Assembly (NCBI GenBank): GCA_977018835.1
Contig: OZ361256.1
Location: 2,046,001-2,110,000, forward strand
Source: Minutocellus sp. GHC0000111
Lineage: Eukaryota
DNA: 64,000 nt
Reading direction: 5' to 3'
Shown here: in pieces, positions 33,797 through 45,261 of the stretch
How the letters are laid out: each line of letters begins with the position of its first letter
How positions within the stretch are numbered: the first letter of the stretch is position 1
Notes under the pieces: generated by a model
The model's database searches: none
What the model saw: only the letters and a program-made list of their open reading frames with translations
Told to the model about the DNA's origin: nothing
Made by a program: the position numbers and the translations under genes

Positions 33797-35845
33797 ATGA
33801 CGCCTCCTCCAGCAGTTGAGAATGGGGACAGCAGTGCACATGCAGCGCCGAGCACCCCGTCACGCCGGCCTGCGCCGCTGCATGATATATCGGGCTCGTC
33901 GCCGTCGAGTCCGCCCATGTCTGTGATTCCGATATCAACTGCGGCTGGAGGTACACCCTCAGCCGCCGGCGGTGCACCTCGTGCAACTGCAACCACAGCA
34001 GCAGCAACCCACGCCCTGCCCCGACCGGTATCGTGGTACCTGGAAATCAAACAATCGGCCGAACTCATCTTCGCCAGCCGTCTAACGTGGTTCCTCATCG
34101 CCGGTCCCCTGGCCCTTGCTGGTTCTGCCACGGGTGCACTGCCGGAATCGACGTGCTTCGCATTGGCCGGTCTGGCTTTGATTCCCTGTGCCGAACGTTT
34201 ATCGTTTGTTACCGAGCAAGTCGCGGCGCATACCAACGGTACCATCGGTGCCTTGCTCAATGCGTCGTTTGGAAATGCACCCGAGCTGCTCATTTCCAGT
34301 GCCGCGCTACGGGCCGGTTTCTACCGTGTGGTCCAGCTGGCCATGCTGGGGTCGATTCTGTGCAACTTATTGTTCGTCTTTGGAATCTCCTGCTTCATCG
34401 GTGGACTACGGTGGCAGGTCCAAGATTTGCGCATCGTTTCGGGATCGGTGCCGATTGCCATTCTCCTGCTGTCGACGGCGGGCGTGGCGCTGCCGGCGGC
34501 ACTCAAGGTCAGTGGCCAAATTGCCGATCTGGACGGTGATGGGGACATTGCTCGGGAACTCATCGGGATTAGTCGCTTCAATGCCTTGGTGATGATGTTT
34601 GCCTATCTGGCCTACCTTGTCTTTCAGCTTGGTACGCACAAGGAGGAGTACGACGATTCAGAAGAGGAGCACGAACGGTTGATGCATCATGGTGGCGGTG
34701 ATGGGCCAGCGGTAGGGGCATGGAGGAAACGAAAAGCGCGGAGGAATATCTTCTGTCGGGGTATGTATCGGAGAGGAAGGTCCGGTCTCTTCCAGGCCAT
34801 CAATACCGAGGAACCTGCTTATGACGACGATGATAGCGAGACCGATTTAGAAATGGCACGAAGAGGGCAGAGACAAACTGGTGAGCTGCCCTTCCGCAAC
34901 GAGTACATTCCTGAACCATCCACAACAAATGGGTCAATACCACCGCCACAAAGCCGCCCGTCGCCTCCGGAGGTTATATTATCGAGTGACGGATCAGCAC
35001 GGACTTATGGTGAGGGCGGCATTGGTAGCTCAGCTCTTGAACGCCAATCTAGTTTGAGATCACGAGCATCAGATATGACCGGGCCCCAGGACAGCTCATC
35101 CTCACTGCACGCAACGCCCACGTCAACAAGGAACAAATTGCGTGCATCCGATGGTAACTTGGCAGTACCACCGACCATTCCTGCCTCTGATAATGGCGAT
35201 AGCGATTCAGGTCAAGATTACCGTCAACAAAAGGTCACTCTAGAAGAGTTTGACTCAAGACTCCACGAGGAGGAGGAAGAGGATCTCATGACTTTCCGAA
35301 CTGGCATCGTTTGGCTCTTTATCATCACGCTATGTATCTCGTCCTTATCGGACATTCTCGTCGAATCGATCGATGGCTTTGCGTCCAAAATGCACATATC
35401 GGAAGTGTTCACCTCGGTCATTGTGCTTCCCTTTTTTAGCAACATTGCTGAGCAAGTATCGGCGGTCATCTTTGCGTATCGGAATGAGATGGATTTGTGC
35501 GTTGGCGTGACCGTGGGCAGTGCTGCTCAGATTGCGTTGATGGTGTTGCCAGGCTGCGTTCTCGTTGGTTGGATAATTGATAGGTCGATGTCCATGTACG
35601 TACATGGTTATGAGACTTGCTGCCTTCTCATCGGCACATTGCTGGCATCGGCGGTCTTGCTGGGAGGTACCACTAACTGGGTCACTGGCTTCTTCTTCAT
35701 TGTGGTTTATCTGATGATGGCAGCCGGGTTTTGGTTCCACGAGCTGGAAGAGCTCGATGTTGATGCTGAGAAATTCTGGCATAGTCACAACGGAACGAGC
35801 GCCAAGGCAGTGTATGCCTTTGACAAGCAGGATGCTTCATTTTAA
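33797..35845 (+). CDS. Ca2+/H+ antiporter (CAX family)
   Basis: TEQVA, GALLNASFGNAPELLIS, LGSILCNLL, FQLGTH, SNIAEQVSAV, GSAAQIAL; multiple TM segments around a long central loop. Confidence 0.92.
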   Translation: MTPPPAVENGDSSAHAAPSTPSRRPAPLHDISGSSPSSPPMSVIPISTAAGGTPSAAGGAPRATATTAAATHALPRPVSWYLEIKQSAELIFASRLTWFLIAGPLALAGSATGALPESTCFALAGLALIPCAERLSFVTEQVAAHTNGTIGALLNASFGNAPELLISSAALRAGFYRVVQLAMLGSILCNLLFVFGISCFIGGLRWQVQDLRIVSGSVPIAILLLSTAGVALPAALKVSGQIADLDGDGDIARELIGISRFNALVMMFAYLAYLVFQLGTHKEEYDDSEEEHERLMHHGGGDGPAVGAWRKRKARRNIFCRGMYRRGRSGLFQAINTEEPAYDDDDSETDLEMARRGQRQTGELPFRNEYIPEPSTTNGSIPPPQSRPSPPEVILSSDGSARTYGEGGIGSSALERQSSLRSRASDMTGPQDSSSSLHATPTSTRNKLRASDGNLAVPPTIPASDNGDSDSGQDYRQQKVTLEEFDSRLHEEEEEDLMTFRTGIVWLFIITLCISSLSDILVESIDGFASKMHISEVFTSVIVLPFFSNIAEQVSAVIFAYRNEMDLCVGVTVGSAAQIALMVLPGCVLVGWIIDRSMSMYVHGYETCCLLIGTLLASAVLLGGTTNWVTGFFFIVVYLMMAAGFWFHELEELDVDAEKFWHSHNGTSAKAVYAFDKQDASF

Positions 35846-36213
35846 TGTGTCTTGCTTGCCATGCTACCGGTGGCTATTCATGTAGTGCATTTGCTAGATC
35901 TTACATAAAAATGGTAGCTTGTAATACTACGTATTATATGTAGTCTACCTAGGTACTTTAACGCCGGCTTAATGCTTTTAGCTACCAGTGTAAGTAGCAA
36001 ACATACCAGCTAGCGAGCACATTCAGAAATGAGCTGATCATATCATACCGCAAAGAACACGTTCAGCCCAGCGGAAAACTTCTATCGATCTATATCTACT
36101 GACCACCGACCGAACGCAATCTTTCCCGGGACAGCTCACCCACCGACTCATCATATCACAAGCCACAGACATACATGCACATTTTCGATATTCACGACGC
36201 TGTTGGCGTGTAT

Positions 36214-37224
36214 TTAGGGTTCGGCATCGTTGCCTTCGCCATCCCAGCCGGTGGCCATACCCTCGAGGGCATCAAAGTTCTCCTTGGCACCGGGGAAGGC
36301 CTCGAGGACGCGGGCCTGGTAGTCCTTGACGGCCTGGGGGACGGCCTCCCAGAACTTCTTGCGGGCCTTGATGAAGTTGAGGGCGGGGGCGATGGCAAGG
36401 TCGGCGATGGTGGGGGTGTCACTGAAGCAGAACTTGGTGTCCTTGAGGTAGACGTCGGTGAGGATCTTGAAGTGCTCCTCTTGGAGGGACTTGAACTTCT
36501 CCTTGACCTCGTCGGTGTCGACGGGCATGCCGAAGATGCCGTAGCCGATGGCGGGGAGGCAGGGGTAGAGGGCGGTCTGGCGCCAGTCGAGGACCATGTC
36601 GACGCGGGCACGCTTGAGGGGGTCCTTGGGGTAGAGCTTGTAACCGTTGGGGGCGATGTTGCACAGGTACCGCATGATGGCGCCGGACTCCCAGATGGCG
36701 GTGGTGTCGTCGATCTCAAGAGTCGGGCAGACGTGGCAGGGGTTCATCTTGATGAACTCCTCCGAGCGAGTCTTGCCGTAGGCATTCTCGATCTGTAGGT
36801 ATTTGTTTATTTGATGTGTTGGCGAGGTGAGGAGGTGAGCGAGGGATGGTGAGCGAGCCAGCAGCAGTTGTGAAAATCGAAAGCCCCTCCCCGCACATCC
36901 CAACGTTCTGCGTCACCATCCTTTTTTATGAAGAGATAAAGTCCAACCGAGGGACGAGCTACGTAGCTTATCAAGCAGCAGAGGTATGGACATCGAAAAT
37001 CGAAAGGCCCTCGATCCCCGCACCAACGTTCCACATCACAACTCTCGAAAAAGATACGGACCGTGACTTATGCCACCCGCGAACTCTGCAGCATCACGCA
37101 CCTCGATGTCCATGCCGAGGTCTTTCACCACGGCAATGCAGCCGTGTGAGTTGGCGGAGGGGGGGAGAACGTGAAGCTTCATGCCAGATGGGACAGCAGG
37201 CTTGGACGATGCGCAGAGACCCAT
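36214..37224 (-). CDS. Glutathione S-transferase-like protein; intron 36793-37101
   Basis: Spliced ORF of 233 aa; EEFIKMNP..CPTL, IWESGAIMRYL, PTIADLA; GT...CAG phase-0 intron; N-terminus MGLCASS. Confidence 0.85.
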
Positions 37225-37597
37225 GGTGGGGAAAAATGCGGCTGCGCCTGCGGTGCGGTGGAGCAAGTGATGAGGCCGGAGCAAGTGCGAGCGAGGCGCC
37301 GCGCAACTTCGCCGACGATCTTCGAGCGAAAACGACCTCCTGTGACGTGGTGCTTGCCTTTTACGAAAAATGAAAGATCTAAAGTATAGATGAGTGTGCG
37401 AAGCACTAAAGCCACGGACAAACAAAGACGCACAAATCGGCCTTACGGCGCGCCATGACATGATGAGCTCCCGCAAGCAGACCCACACAGAATGAAGGGA
37501 AGCCGAGTCGACCAGTTCTCTTCACAGAGAACGCTAAGCCAAGTCAAGGAAGACTTTACCATTCCTACTGCACGGATTCGAAAAAAACAGAGAAATT

Positions 37598-38689
37598 ATG
37601 ATGACAACAATGCTCTGGCACCAATGTCTGGCATCGTCTACTTTCACCCTCCTCGGCATCCTGCTTCTCCTGACAGCGACAACAACTGCCGCCGTCTCTT
37701 CGGAAGATGCCACTACTACTAGCGGTGGCTTCATCAACTTGAAGTTTCTGGACGTCGCCGACAAATACAAGCCGGCCTTTCAGGATGCTGCAGCCAGGCT
37801 CAACAGGATATTGGCCTTCCAACCGACGACCGGCCCATACGATGTACCAGAGAGCATTAGCATCTACGAGCAGTGCCAGCAGAATGGGCCCATTGATGCT
37901 GAGATCGCAGCCGGTAGCACGTTGGCCAACTTGACGATCGTTGTGACCGTTCAGTGCATCGACGGGCCTGGGAACAACACCGAGTTGGCACGTGCCGCCC
38001 CCTGCTTTACCTACGGCAACCCCCTGACCAATCAGACCGATACAACGAATAGCTGGACCGATTTTATATATTACGGCGTGACCCAGAATCTCATGGGAAT
38101 GATGATGTTCGACGAAGATGATTGCGATCGTCTCATTGACGAGGGGACCTTTGGCTCTACCGTTTTGCATGAAATGTTCCATGTGTTGGGTTTCGGAGCG
38201 CTTTGGTCTCTTTACGGATACACTGTCGGCGAGGGAACTACCAATCCCCAGTACAACGGCAGCCTTGCAACTCTGGAGGCCTATCGAAATGCTGGAGGAA
38301 CCGACGACTTGATTCCCCTGGAAAATAGAGGCTCTCCACAGGGTACTAGAGGCTCTCATTGGAGGACCAGCATCTTTGGCGACGAGCTAATGACTGGAGG
38401 ATTGACAGGCACCATGCAGCCTTTGACCAACATTTCTGTTATGGCATTGAGTGACTTGGGTTACTTTGTGGATGCGGAATCGGATGAAATTGATCCATAC
38501 GTCATCCCAGTGGCAGGAAGCGTCACAGAATTCGATTGGGGCATCTCAGAGGATCCTAACCCTCCAAAAAGCAATTTCACTTGCGATACTGATCCCTCGA
38601 CTGCTGATACGTCGTCCTCGTCTACTACATATATTAGCAGGCCATTAAAGCTTGCGTTCATTTTGCCCTGGCTAATATTGGCCTTCTGA
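37598..38689 (+). CDS. Leishmanolysin/GP63-like (M8) zinc metalloprotease, secreted and probably GPI-anchored
   Basis: HEMFHVLGF, GSHW, ELM Met-turn, LSDLGY; signal peptide; Ser/Thr stretch plus hydrophobic C-terminus. Confidence 0.82.
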   Translation: MMTTMLWHQCLASSTFTLLGILLLLTATTTAAVSSEDATTTSGGFINLKFLDVADKYKPAFQDAAARLNRILAFQPTTGPYDVPESISIYEQCQQNGPIDAEIAAGSTLANLTIVVTVQCIDGPGNNTELARAAPCFTYGNPLTNQTDTTNSWTDFIYYGVTQNLMGMMMFDEDDCDRLIDEGTFGSTVLHEMFHVLGFGALWSLYGYTVGEGTTNPQYNGSLATLEAYRNAGGTDDLIPLENRGSPQGTRGSHWRTSIFGDELMTGGLTGTMQPLTNISVMALSDLGYFVDAESDEIDPYVIPVAGSVTEFDWGISEDPNPPKSNFTCDTDPSTADTSSSSTTYISRPLKLAFILPWLILAF

Positions 38690-38839
38690 GTTGATATCTT
38701 TGTTTACGAGCCCAATGGGTGTAAGCTCAGACCACCATTGCTTCTATTATTTCATACCCTACTTGTACTGTATGCCTTTCCACGGAGTAGGAAGCTCCCT
38801 TTGACTGACTCAAATACTTTTCCGGCGATATGCCTTCAC

Positions 38840-41387
38840 TTACTTCAGTAAATTAGCGAGTGCATCTTCTGTTGAAAATAGACTTGATAAGAGGTCGTCC
38901 TCTCCATCGGAATCAATTTTAATATCCTGCTCGTCTTCATCCTTGTTACTTTCACGCCGACGAAGAACCATTGCATCCATCATACACCCTCGTTGTAGGC
39001 ATGAATCCAACAATGCTGCCCAATGACGGCTATTTCGAAGTGTCTTTTGATCTCCAACAATGATTAAACCCCTCTTTGCCCTTGTCAGGGCAACATTCAG
39101 CCTACGCGGGTCACGAAGAAAGCCAACATCTTCCACGTCATTTGATCGAGTTCCCGAGATTATTACAATATCTTTTTCTTGTCCCTGAAATGAATCAACT
39201 GTTCCAACTCTAACGTTCCTAATGTTTCTTCCAGATAGCTCACCGCGGATTTTGTCAACCTGTCTAGAATATGGGCTGATAACCGCAATATTGTGAGCCT
39301 CTACATCACCACCGGAGAGTAGATCCATTACGATTCGACACACCAATTCTGCCTCTGGCGTATTGGACCTGCCTCCAAAATCGTGCGTCGTCTCTAAATC
39401 ACCGCCAAGATGGACAAATGCCAAAGGCACCTTTTTATCATTTTTGCCAGGCACGGAAATCCAATAGGGAGCTCGGAACCATCCCTATCCTTTGCTCCGG
39501 GGGCGCACTTGACCTCTCCCCCATAAAAGTACTTGGAGGGAAATTCAAGTAGAGACGGAGGCATCCGATATTGTGTTTTCAACGTCCGCTCATCAACCCC
39601 GCCAGTTTCAAGCCGGGCCATCGGCGACACTCCAAGCGTCGACCGTAAATCCGTGGTGCCTGATGCTACTGTTGGGGGAAGCTGCTTGGTATCTCCAACC
39701 ATTACAATTTGTTCTGCTTTAGCAGCGGCGAGAGCACAGATCAAAGCAGGCTCAGTTGTCTGCGAAGCTTCATCCAACACCACAAGTGGAAACCGAAGAC
39801 CAATGCCCATGCCATCTTTTAGTAGCTGATGAGCCCCGATGCAACTCGCCACAACGACAGGAGCGGCTTGGGCAATGGTATATCTCACTTCATCAGCAAC
39901 TCGCTTAGCCTCTGCAGCCGCATGAGATCGTATACTTTCCGGCAACGACGCATTTCGAGCCTGCTTTCCAAGAGCTATCACTTCAGGATGTGTCTGAGTC
40001 ATTGCCACGACGGTTCGTTTGCGAGCATTGGGACTTACAGCTGCTGGTCTGCCAGCTCGTATTGCTGGTACACCAACAGCCAACAGCGCCTCCAACAAAA
40101 CATCAGCGGCTCCATTTGAGTGAGCTACCGCGAGCACTTTGGAAGGGGGTCCAAGTTCACCATTTGAGTCGGTATTTGAGGCACCACGTAATCTAGGAGA
40201 GATTTTCGATAAGAAAGAGAGAAAATCGATAGTTAGGGCACGTGGGCACCTCGTGAGGAAAAGCATAGCATATTGAATAAACGATCTGAAACGAGGAGAA
40301 CCATCCCATTCTAAACAGAAGACTCGACTCACCTTAGTGCTGCAGCTATCAGCATGCTTGCCACTCGCGTTTTCCCGGTTCCGGGAGGCCCCCTTACGAG
40401 AGATACCCGTCTCGACAAAGCGAAAGAAATGGCCTCATACTGCGATTGATTCGGTCGGAAACGAGAGGTAGCATTCTTTGCTGCATCAAGAGCGTCCCCA
40501 ATAGCCACATTCACATCTGGTTCAACAATACCACCAACATAGGCTCCGTTGGCAAACCGAGTAGGCAACTGAGATGCCAATTCTCTTTACTTCTTATCAG
40601 AATTGAAGAAGGAGTCTGCAAAAAAGGATGCGACAGAACCGGCCTCACCCTTTCGTACCATTTGCAGCGATTTGCGTTGTGCCAGCAGTGTTGCTTGGGG
40701 AGCCGTTCTGTCTAATCGCACAATATACGACCCTGGTCGTCTTCGTTCTTCCCATAACCCAGCAGGCCAAGTCGGTCCTACACTCAGCGTCATTCCATCC
40801 TTGAATACATCGACCACACAGACCTCTCTCGGCACGAACCGTTCTCGATAGGATGCCGTCAAGACCAAGATATCACCGGTACTGAATCGATCCCTCATCC
40901 TGGTCTCGCCCTCCTTGGTCACGCGAACGACCCTCTCGCCGTACAGTTCCGTTTCGGGTTCCGCGATGGCATCCAATACAGCCATGCCCGTCGTTTCGAG
41001 GCGGTCATTGCTCCACTTGCCGCGACGCGCTCGCAGCTCGGTGGCTATCTCTCGGTGTTCGAGTGTCAGCAGATCCTCCCAGTGCACGGCATACGCATGT
41101 GCCGTATCGATTGGCTTGGTGGAAGGTGCATTGCTGTCTGTTTCGTCGGCATTGTTGAAGGTGGCGGCAAGGTGTCCATGATGATTATGCGTTGGAGGCG
41201 AGACGAACTGGTCACGATCACACTGAGGCAGTCGAGACGAGATGAACGGCTCACAAGGTCGAGCAGCGAGCAGGAATAGCTGAAGCGACAACAATAGCGC
41301 AGGGCGATATGTTACTGAGCCTGCAGCGGTACCAAAGTCGCTGCCGCTGCTGCGGTGTTGCCCTCGCCGTAACCTCACCATCGTCAC
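38840..41387 (-). CDS. Upf1/IGHMBP2-like SF1 helicase; intron 40193-40332, in-frame TAA 40587-40589, frameshift near 39452
   Basis: GPPGTGKT, HSNGAAD, LDEASQ, VGDTKQLPP, QYRM, ISPYSRQ, TVDSFQGQE, RRLNVALTRAK. Confidence 0.88.
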
Positions 41388-41883
41388 AAGTCTGCGTCAG
41401 TCGAGAAAAAATGAGGCTGGGTGCTGGTTGTGAGTTGTGAGCAGCGAAGGGTCTGGACGCCGTCGGCGCGTGCCGATGCCGCTAATAGCCGCGCCGTCGA
41501 CTCTCTCGACTCATCGAGTCGATTGCACTGGAAAATTAATTGTGGTGACAACCAAATCGTAGCTTTGCAGAAGTTCTGTCGTCGATACCAAGGACGCCCC
41601 ACCACATCCTTGCCCTCTCCTGGTGTTTGTGGTGATTCGGTCTACATAGTTCGCGGCGATTTTTCATTGCCCAGCGATGCCATTTAGATCGACTTTGATT
41701 GATAAAATCACAAAGTATGGAAGGATGGAAGGACCCCTCTTCTACGATCTTCGCAGAAATATTCTGGAGATCGCAGCGAAAACATTTGCGAAAATACACA
41801 CATACTCAAAGAATGATAGGATAAACATGCATATTTAGAGGATTATAAATATATACAAAAGGAAGCATCAAACGAATGTTGAC

Positions 41884-42599
41884 TTAGTGACCGCCAATGA
41901 TGGGGAGAGCGTCGATGTTGCCCATCATCTCGTGGGTCATGAGGCCAAGGATGCCAATCTGTGCGGCACGACCATTGTTCAGCTCAACGCTGCGCTTCTT
42001 CTTCTTGGTGGCCTCATCAAGCTTGTCCCAGCCAAAATCAAGAGCACCGTTGCGGAAATCACCTGGGAATTCTCCAGCACCGGTGAAATCACGGTTCGCC
42101 ATCTCCATCATCGTCCAGGTTCCAATCATCTGAGCCCACACCATGCCAGGAACGGCGGGGAGGGTGGCAAATCCAGCGGGAATGTCCTCGGCTCCAGGGA
42201 ATCGAACGCCGGCCTGGAGAATGAAGAGTGGGGAAGTAGCGACGAAAGCTCGGATGTGAGTGAAATAGTTCTTTCATGAAAGTAGCGGCAATTCACAAAT
42301 GGATATGCAAAGATACCAGCACGTAGCATCAGACTTACATATGTGACAATGTATCCAACAAAGGCAAGCATGGCAACGCGGCCGTGCTTGAGCTCGATGT
42401 ATCGGAGGTTGTCGAACTGCTCCTGATCACCGTCCTTGGGATCACCCAAAACGCCAAGAGGATCGAAGCAGCCGAGGGGAGCCTGGGCACCGACCTCTGC
42501 TGTAAGATCAGCCGCGAGGGCGGTACTGGCCTTGCCGGTCTGGGCAGGAGCAAAAGCGGCGGCGCCGACAAGGAGGGTGGAGAGGATAACACACTTCAT
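41884..42599 (-). CDS. Fucoxanthin-chlorophyll a/c binding protein (Lhcf-type); intron 42214-42338
   Basis: AAA-FAP presequence, GAQAPLGCFDPLG, ELKHGRVAMLA, PGDFRNG, ELNNGRAAQIG; GTAAGT...CAG intron gives an intact frame. Confidence 0.95.
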
Positions 42600-43367
42600 T
42601 GTTATTGTTTTAGGCTTGGATTGAGAATAAATGACATCGATGGGTGGAAGTTCGAAGCGTCGCGTGGTCTCAAAACTTAAAGCTTGGATCTCTCGCAAAT
42701 TTGATTTGAGCAGCACAAGTTCTCAGACTCAATATTTCTGTTTGAGCTGGCATGACGAGATATCGAAGCCATTCTCCTTGAAAAGCTGAACAATGGTCGG
42801 ATGACGAGGCGACAGCCAAACTGGTGTGCGCCTGCGATGTTCGAAAGGCAAGACTAAGCTGCGGAGAGACCTGACTATTGTTGACGCCCGGGTTTATGAC
42901 GCCGTCTGCCAGCCAGCTGTACCGGTATGAGCCCTCTCCGCCGCGCCCCTTCTTGTCTTCCGGATGGCTCCCAACCGAGGCTGTAGTCCATCCAAATACA
43001 TGCACGATATGCAAAAACTGCTTCTCACAAATCTAATGAAATTTGTTTTTACACAGTTTTAAGGTGTAGCTCTACTCTCCATGCAGTTCTTTGTGTATGG
43101 TTGAGGGACTCCACCCAGATACTTTTCCACCAAGCGAAGAACCGAGCGAGTCAAATCGTCTCGCGATCCTTCTCTCCTCCTGCACAACGATATCAAATCT
43201 CCAACTACTGGGACCTCGACACGATGGCATCCTCCCACATCTCATCAAGATACGCATGCTGATCCGATCATTTAGTTGCAACCCGACGCCCGACGCCGAC
43301 CTGCTCAATCCGACCCGCACACCCGCAACTCTTGTTCGTTTTTATTTCGTACTCCAACACACACAGC

Positions 43368-44104
43368 TTAGGCGACGGGCTGGTCCACGCGGTTGCCATA
43401 CTCGTCCATGTACACGGTCTCCCCGGTCTTCTCGTCGATGAATTCGGTCCACTCCTTGTTCTGGGGGATGAGTCCCTCGTAAAGGGCGGGGTCGTTGTCG
43501 ACCCACTGCTCCTTGCCGACGATGTCGGTGATGGTCTCTCCCTGGGCCTCGAGGACGGCCTCGACCTCGGCACCGGGCTTGGTGTCGAGGTGCTCCACCT
43601 CAACGACGAGGGGAGGCTCCTCGAACTGATGGAGCGGAGGGGGGCTGGACAGGGTCCACTCGAGGGAATCGGTAACGAGGGGGACGACGACATTCTCGCC
43701 CTCCGACATGGCGGCGGAAAAAGCACGGACACCGACGGCGGCCGGTCTCGGTGCTGAAGTTAAAATTATCCGAGAAACAAGGCGCCCGCACGAAAAGCAA
43801 AATCCAACCCAATATAGACCACAACACACATAGGAATCCGACCGGGAAGCAAGAGAGAAGGAGAGGAAGCAAAGGAGGTTAGTTCAGTTTCATGCACGGT
43901 ATCCAGCCACCACACAAAAAGAACCCGGACCCGAGAGAGTGCCGATGGGGGAAATATGTGCTCTTTTCTGCTGGAGGCCGGCCTAAAAGATACCAGCCGA
44001 CCAACACCATCACATTAAACACCCGATCAGATACACGATAACGCACCTGCCGAAGCCAACCGAAGGGCAGCGGGGCGCACAGCAGTTCGTACGGCGGAGA
44101 GCAT
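43368..44104 (-). CDS. Nucleus-encoded C-terminal fragment of cytochrome c oxidase subunit 1 (Cox1-c); intron 43754-44046
   Basis: Mitochondrial presequence MLSAVRTAVRPAALRLAS...VRAFS; SLEWTLSSPPPLHQFEEPP matches the Cox1 C-terminal LEW...PP..H.F.E motif; spliced ORF 147 aa. Confidence 0.8.
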
Positions 44105-44300
44105 CTTGGCAATTCGTTTTTGAGGGAACGGTGGGGTTGCGGTTGGCGACGGAAAGACTGTATACGTAAAGGTAGCTGTACTGTTTTTTGCATCCGTTGA
44201 GCTCGGACCAAAAATTGCGCCAACACGATTTATTATGGCAGGCGGCATTGCTAAGCACGCGTATTAGATTCCTCTCCATTTGAGCTTTTACATTGCGAAA

Positions 44301-45163
44301 ATGATCATCTACACCGTCATTGGCAAGGAGGAGGATGGTGCCGTGCTTGTGGAGTCCTCGCATGAGGGCATTGAGGGCAATTATCCCCTCATCGCCACGC
44401 AACTTCTCGAGAGATTGAGGACGATCCAAGCCTTGTTCCCAATGGCAATCGCAAGACCTTTATCCATCGAGAAGACATTGAAACCGGCGGTAACTTTGCC
44501 GTCTGCGGTGGTAGCGACAGCCTTTGGGGTTTGGGTGCATCGTCCTGGTTCGGCGGTGGCGGAGGTGGCAATAGCTCTTCTGGTGCAGCAACTTCTGGCG
44601 CTGGCACCATTTCGGGCGGCCTCGATCACTACTTTCATGTCCTCCACGGCGAATCAGCGTTTTACATCTGCCTCTCTGACGATACTGGACGGCAAACGGG
44701 TGTGAATTTCACCTATCTGGAAGATCTGCAGCGAGACTTTGCCGCGAAGTACACACCAAACAAAATCAACAGAGCCAAGGCCTATGGAATGGACAAGGCC
44801 TTCCGCCCTGCCATTGAGAAGCTGGCCCACCACTACAATGTCAATCGGGAAGACATGGCGACTGACCAACGCATCGTGCAACTGTCGTCTCAGGTGGACG
44901 ACCTCAAAAACGTGGTGGGCAAGAACATTGGGCTGATATTGCAACGAGGTGAATCGATTGGGCAGCTTGCAACGAAATCCGAACAAATGGAAGCCGATGC
45001 AAGTGTATTCAAGAAGCGATCGACGACTCTCAAGAGGAAAATGTGCTGGGAGAACCTAAAGGCCAACTTGACATTGATTTTGGTCGCGGTAGCACTGATT
45101 GTATTTTTAGCCCTTGCGATATGTGGTGGAGGAAAGTGCAAAGCGCCAGCGGATGATGACTAA
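44301..45163 (+). CDS. VAMP7: VAMP7-like longin R-SNARE (copy 1, one G missing near 44419)
   Basis: Longin N-terminus, SNARE NIGLILQRGESI, C-terminal TM; intact in copy 2. Confidence 0.88.
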
Positions 45164-45261
45164 TGGTGGTCTTTTGATTTGCTTGTGGGTGCAATGAGCG
45201 AGAGATTTGTGTTCACACAAAATCCATGTATGTTTATCACTAGTAGATGATTTATTCTCAA

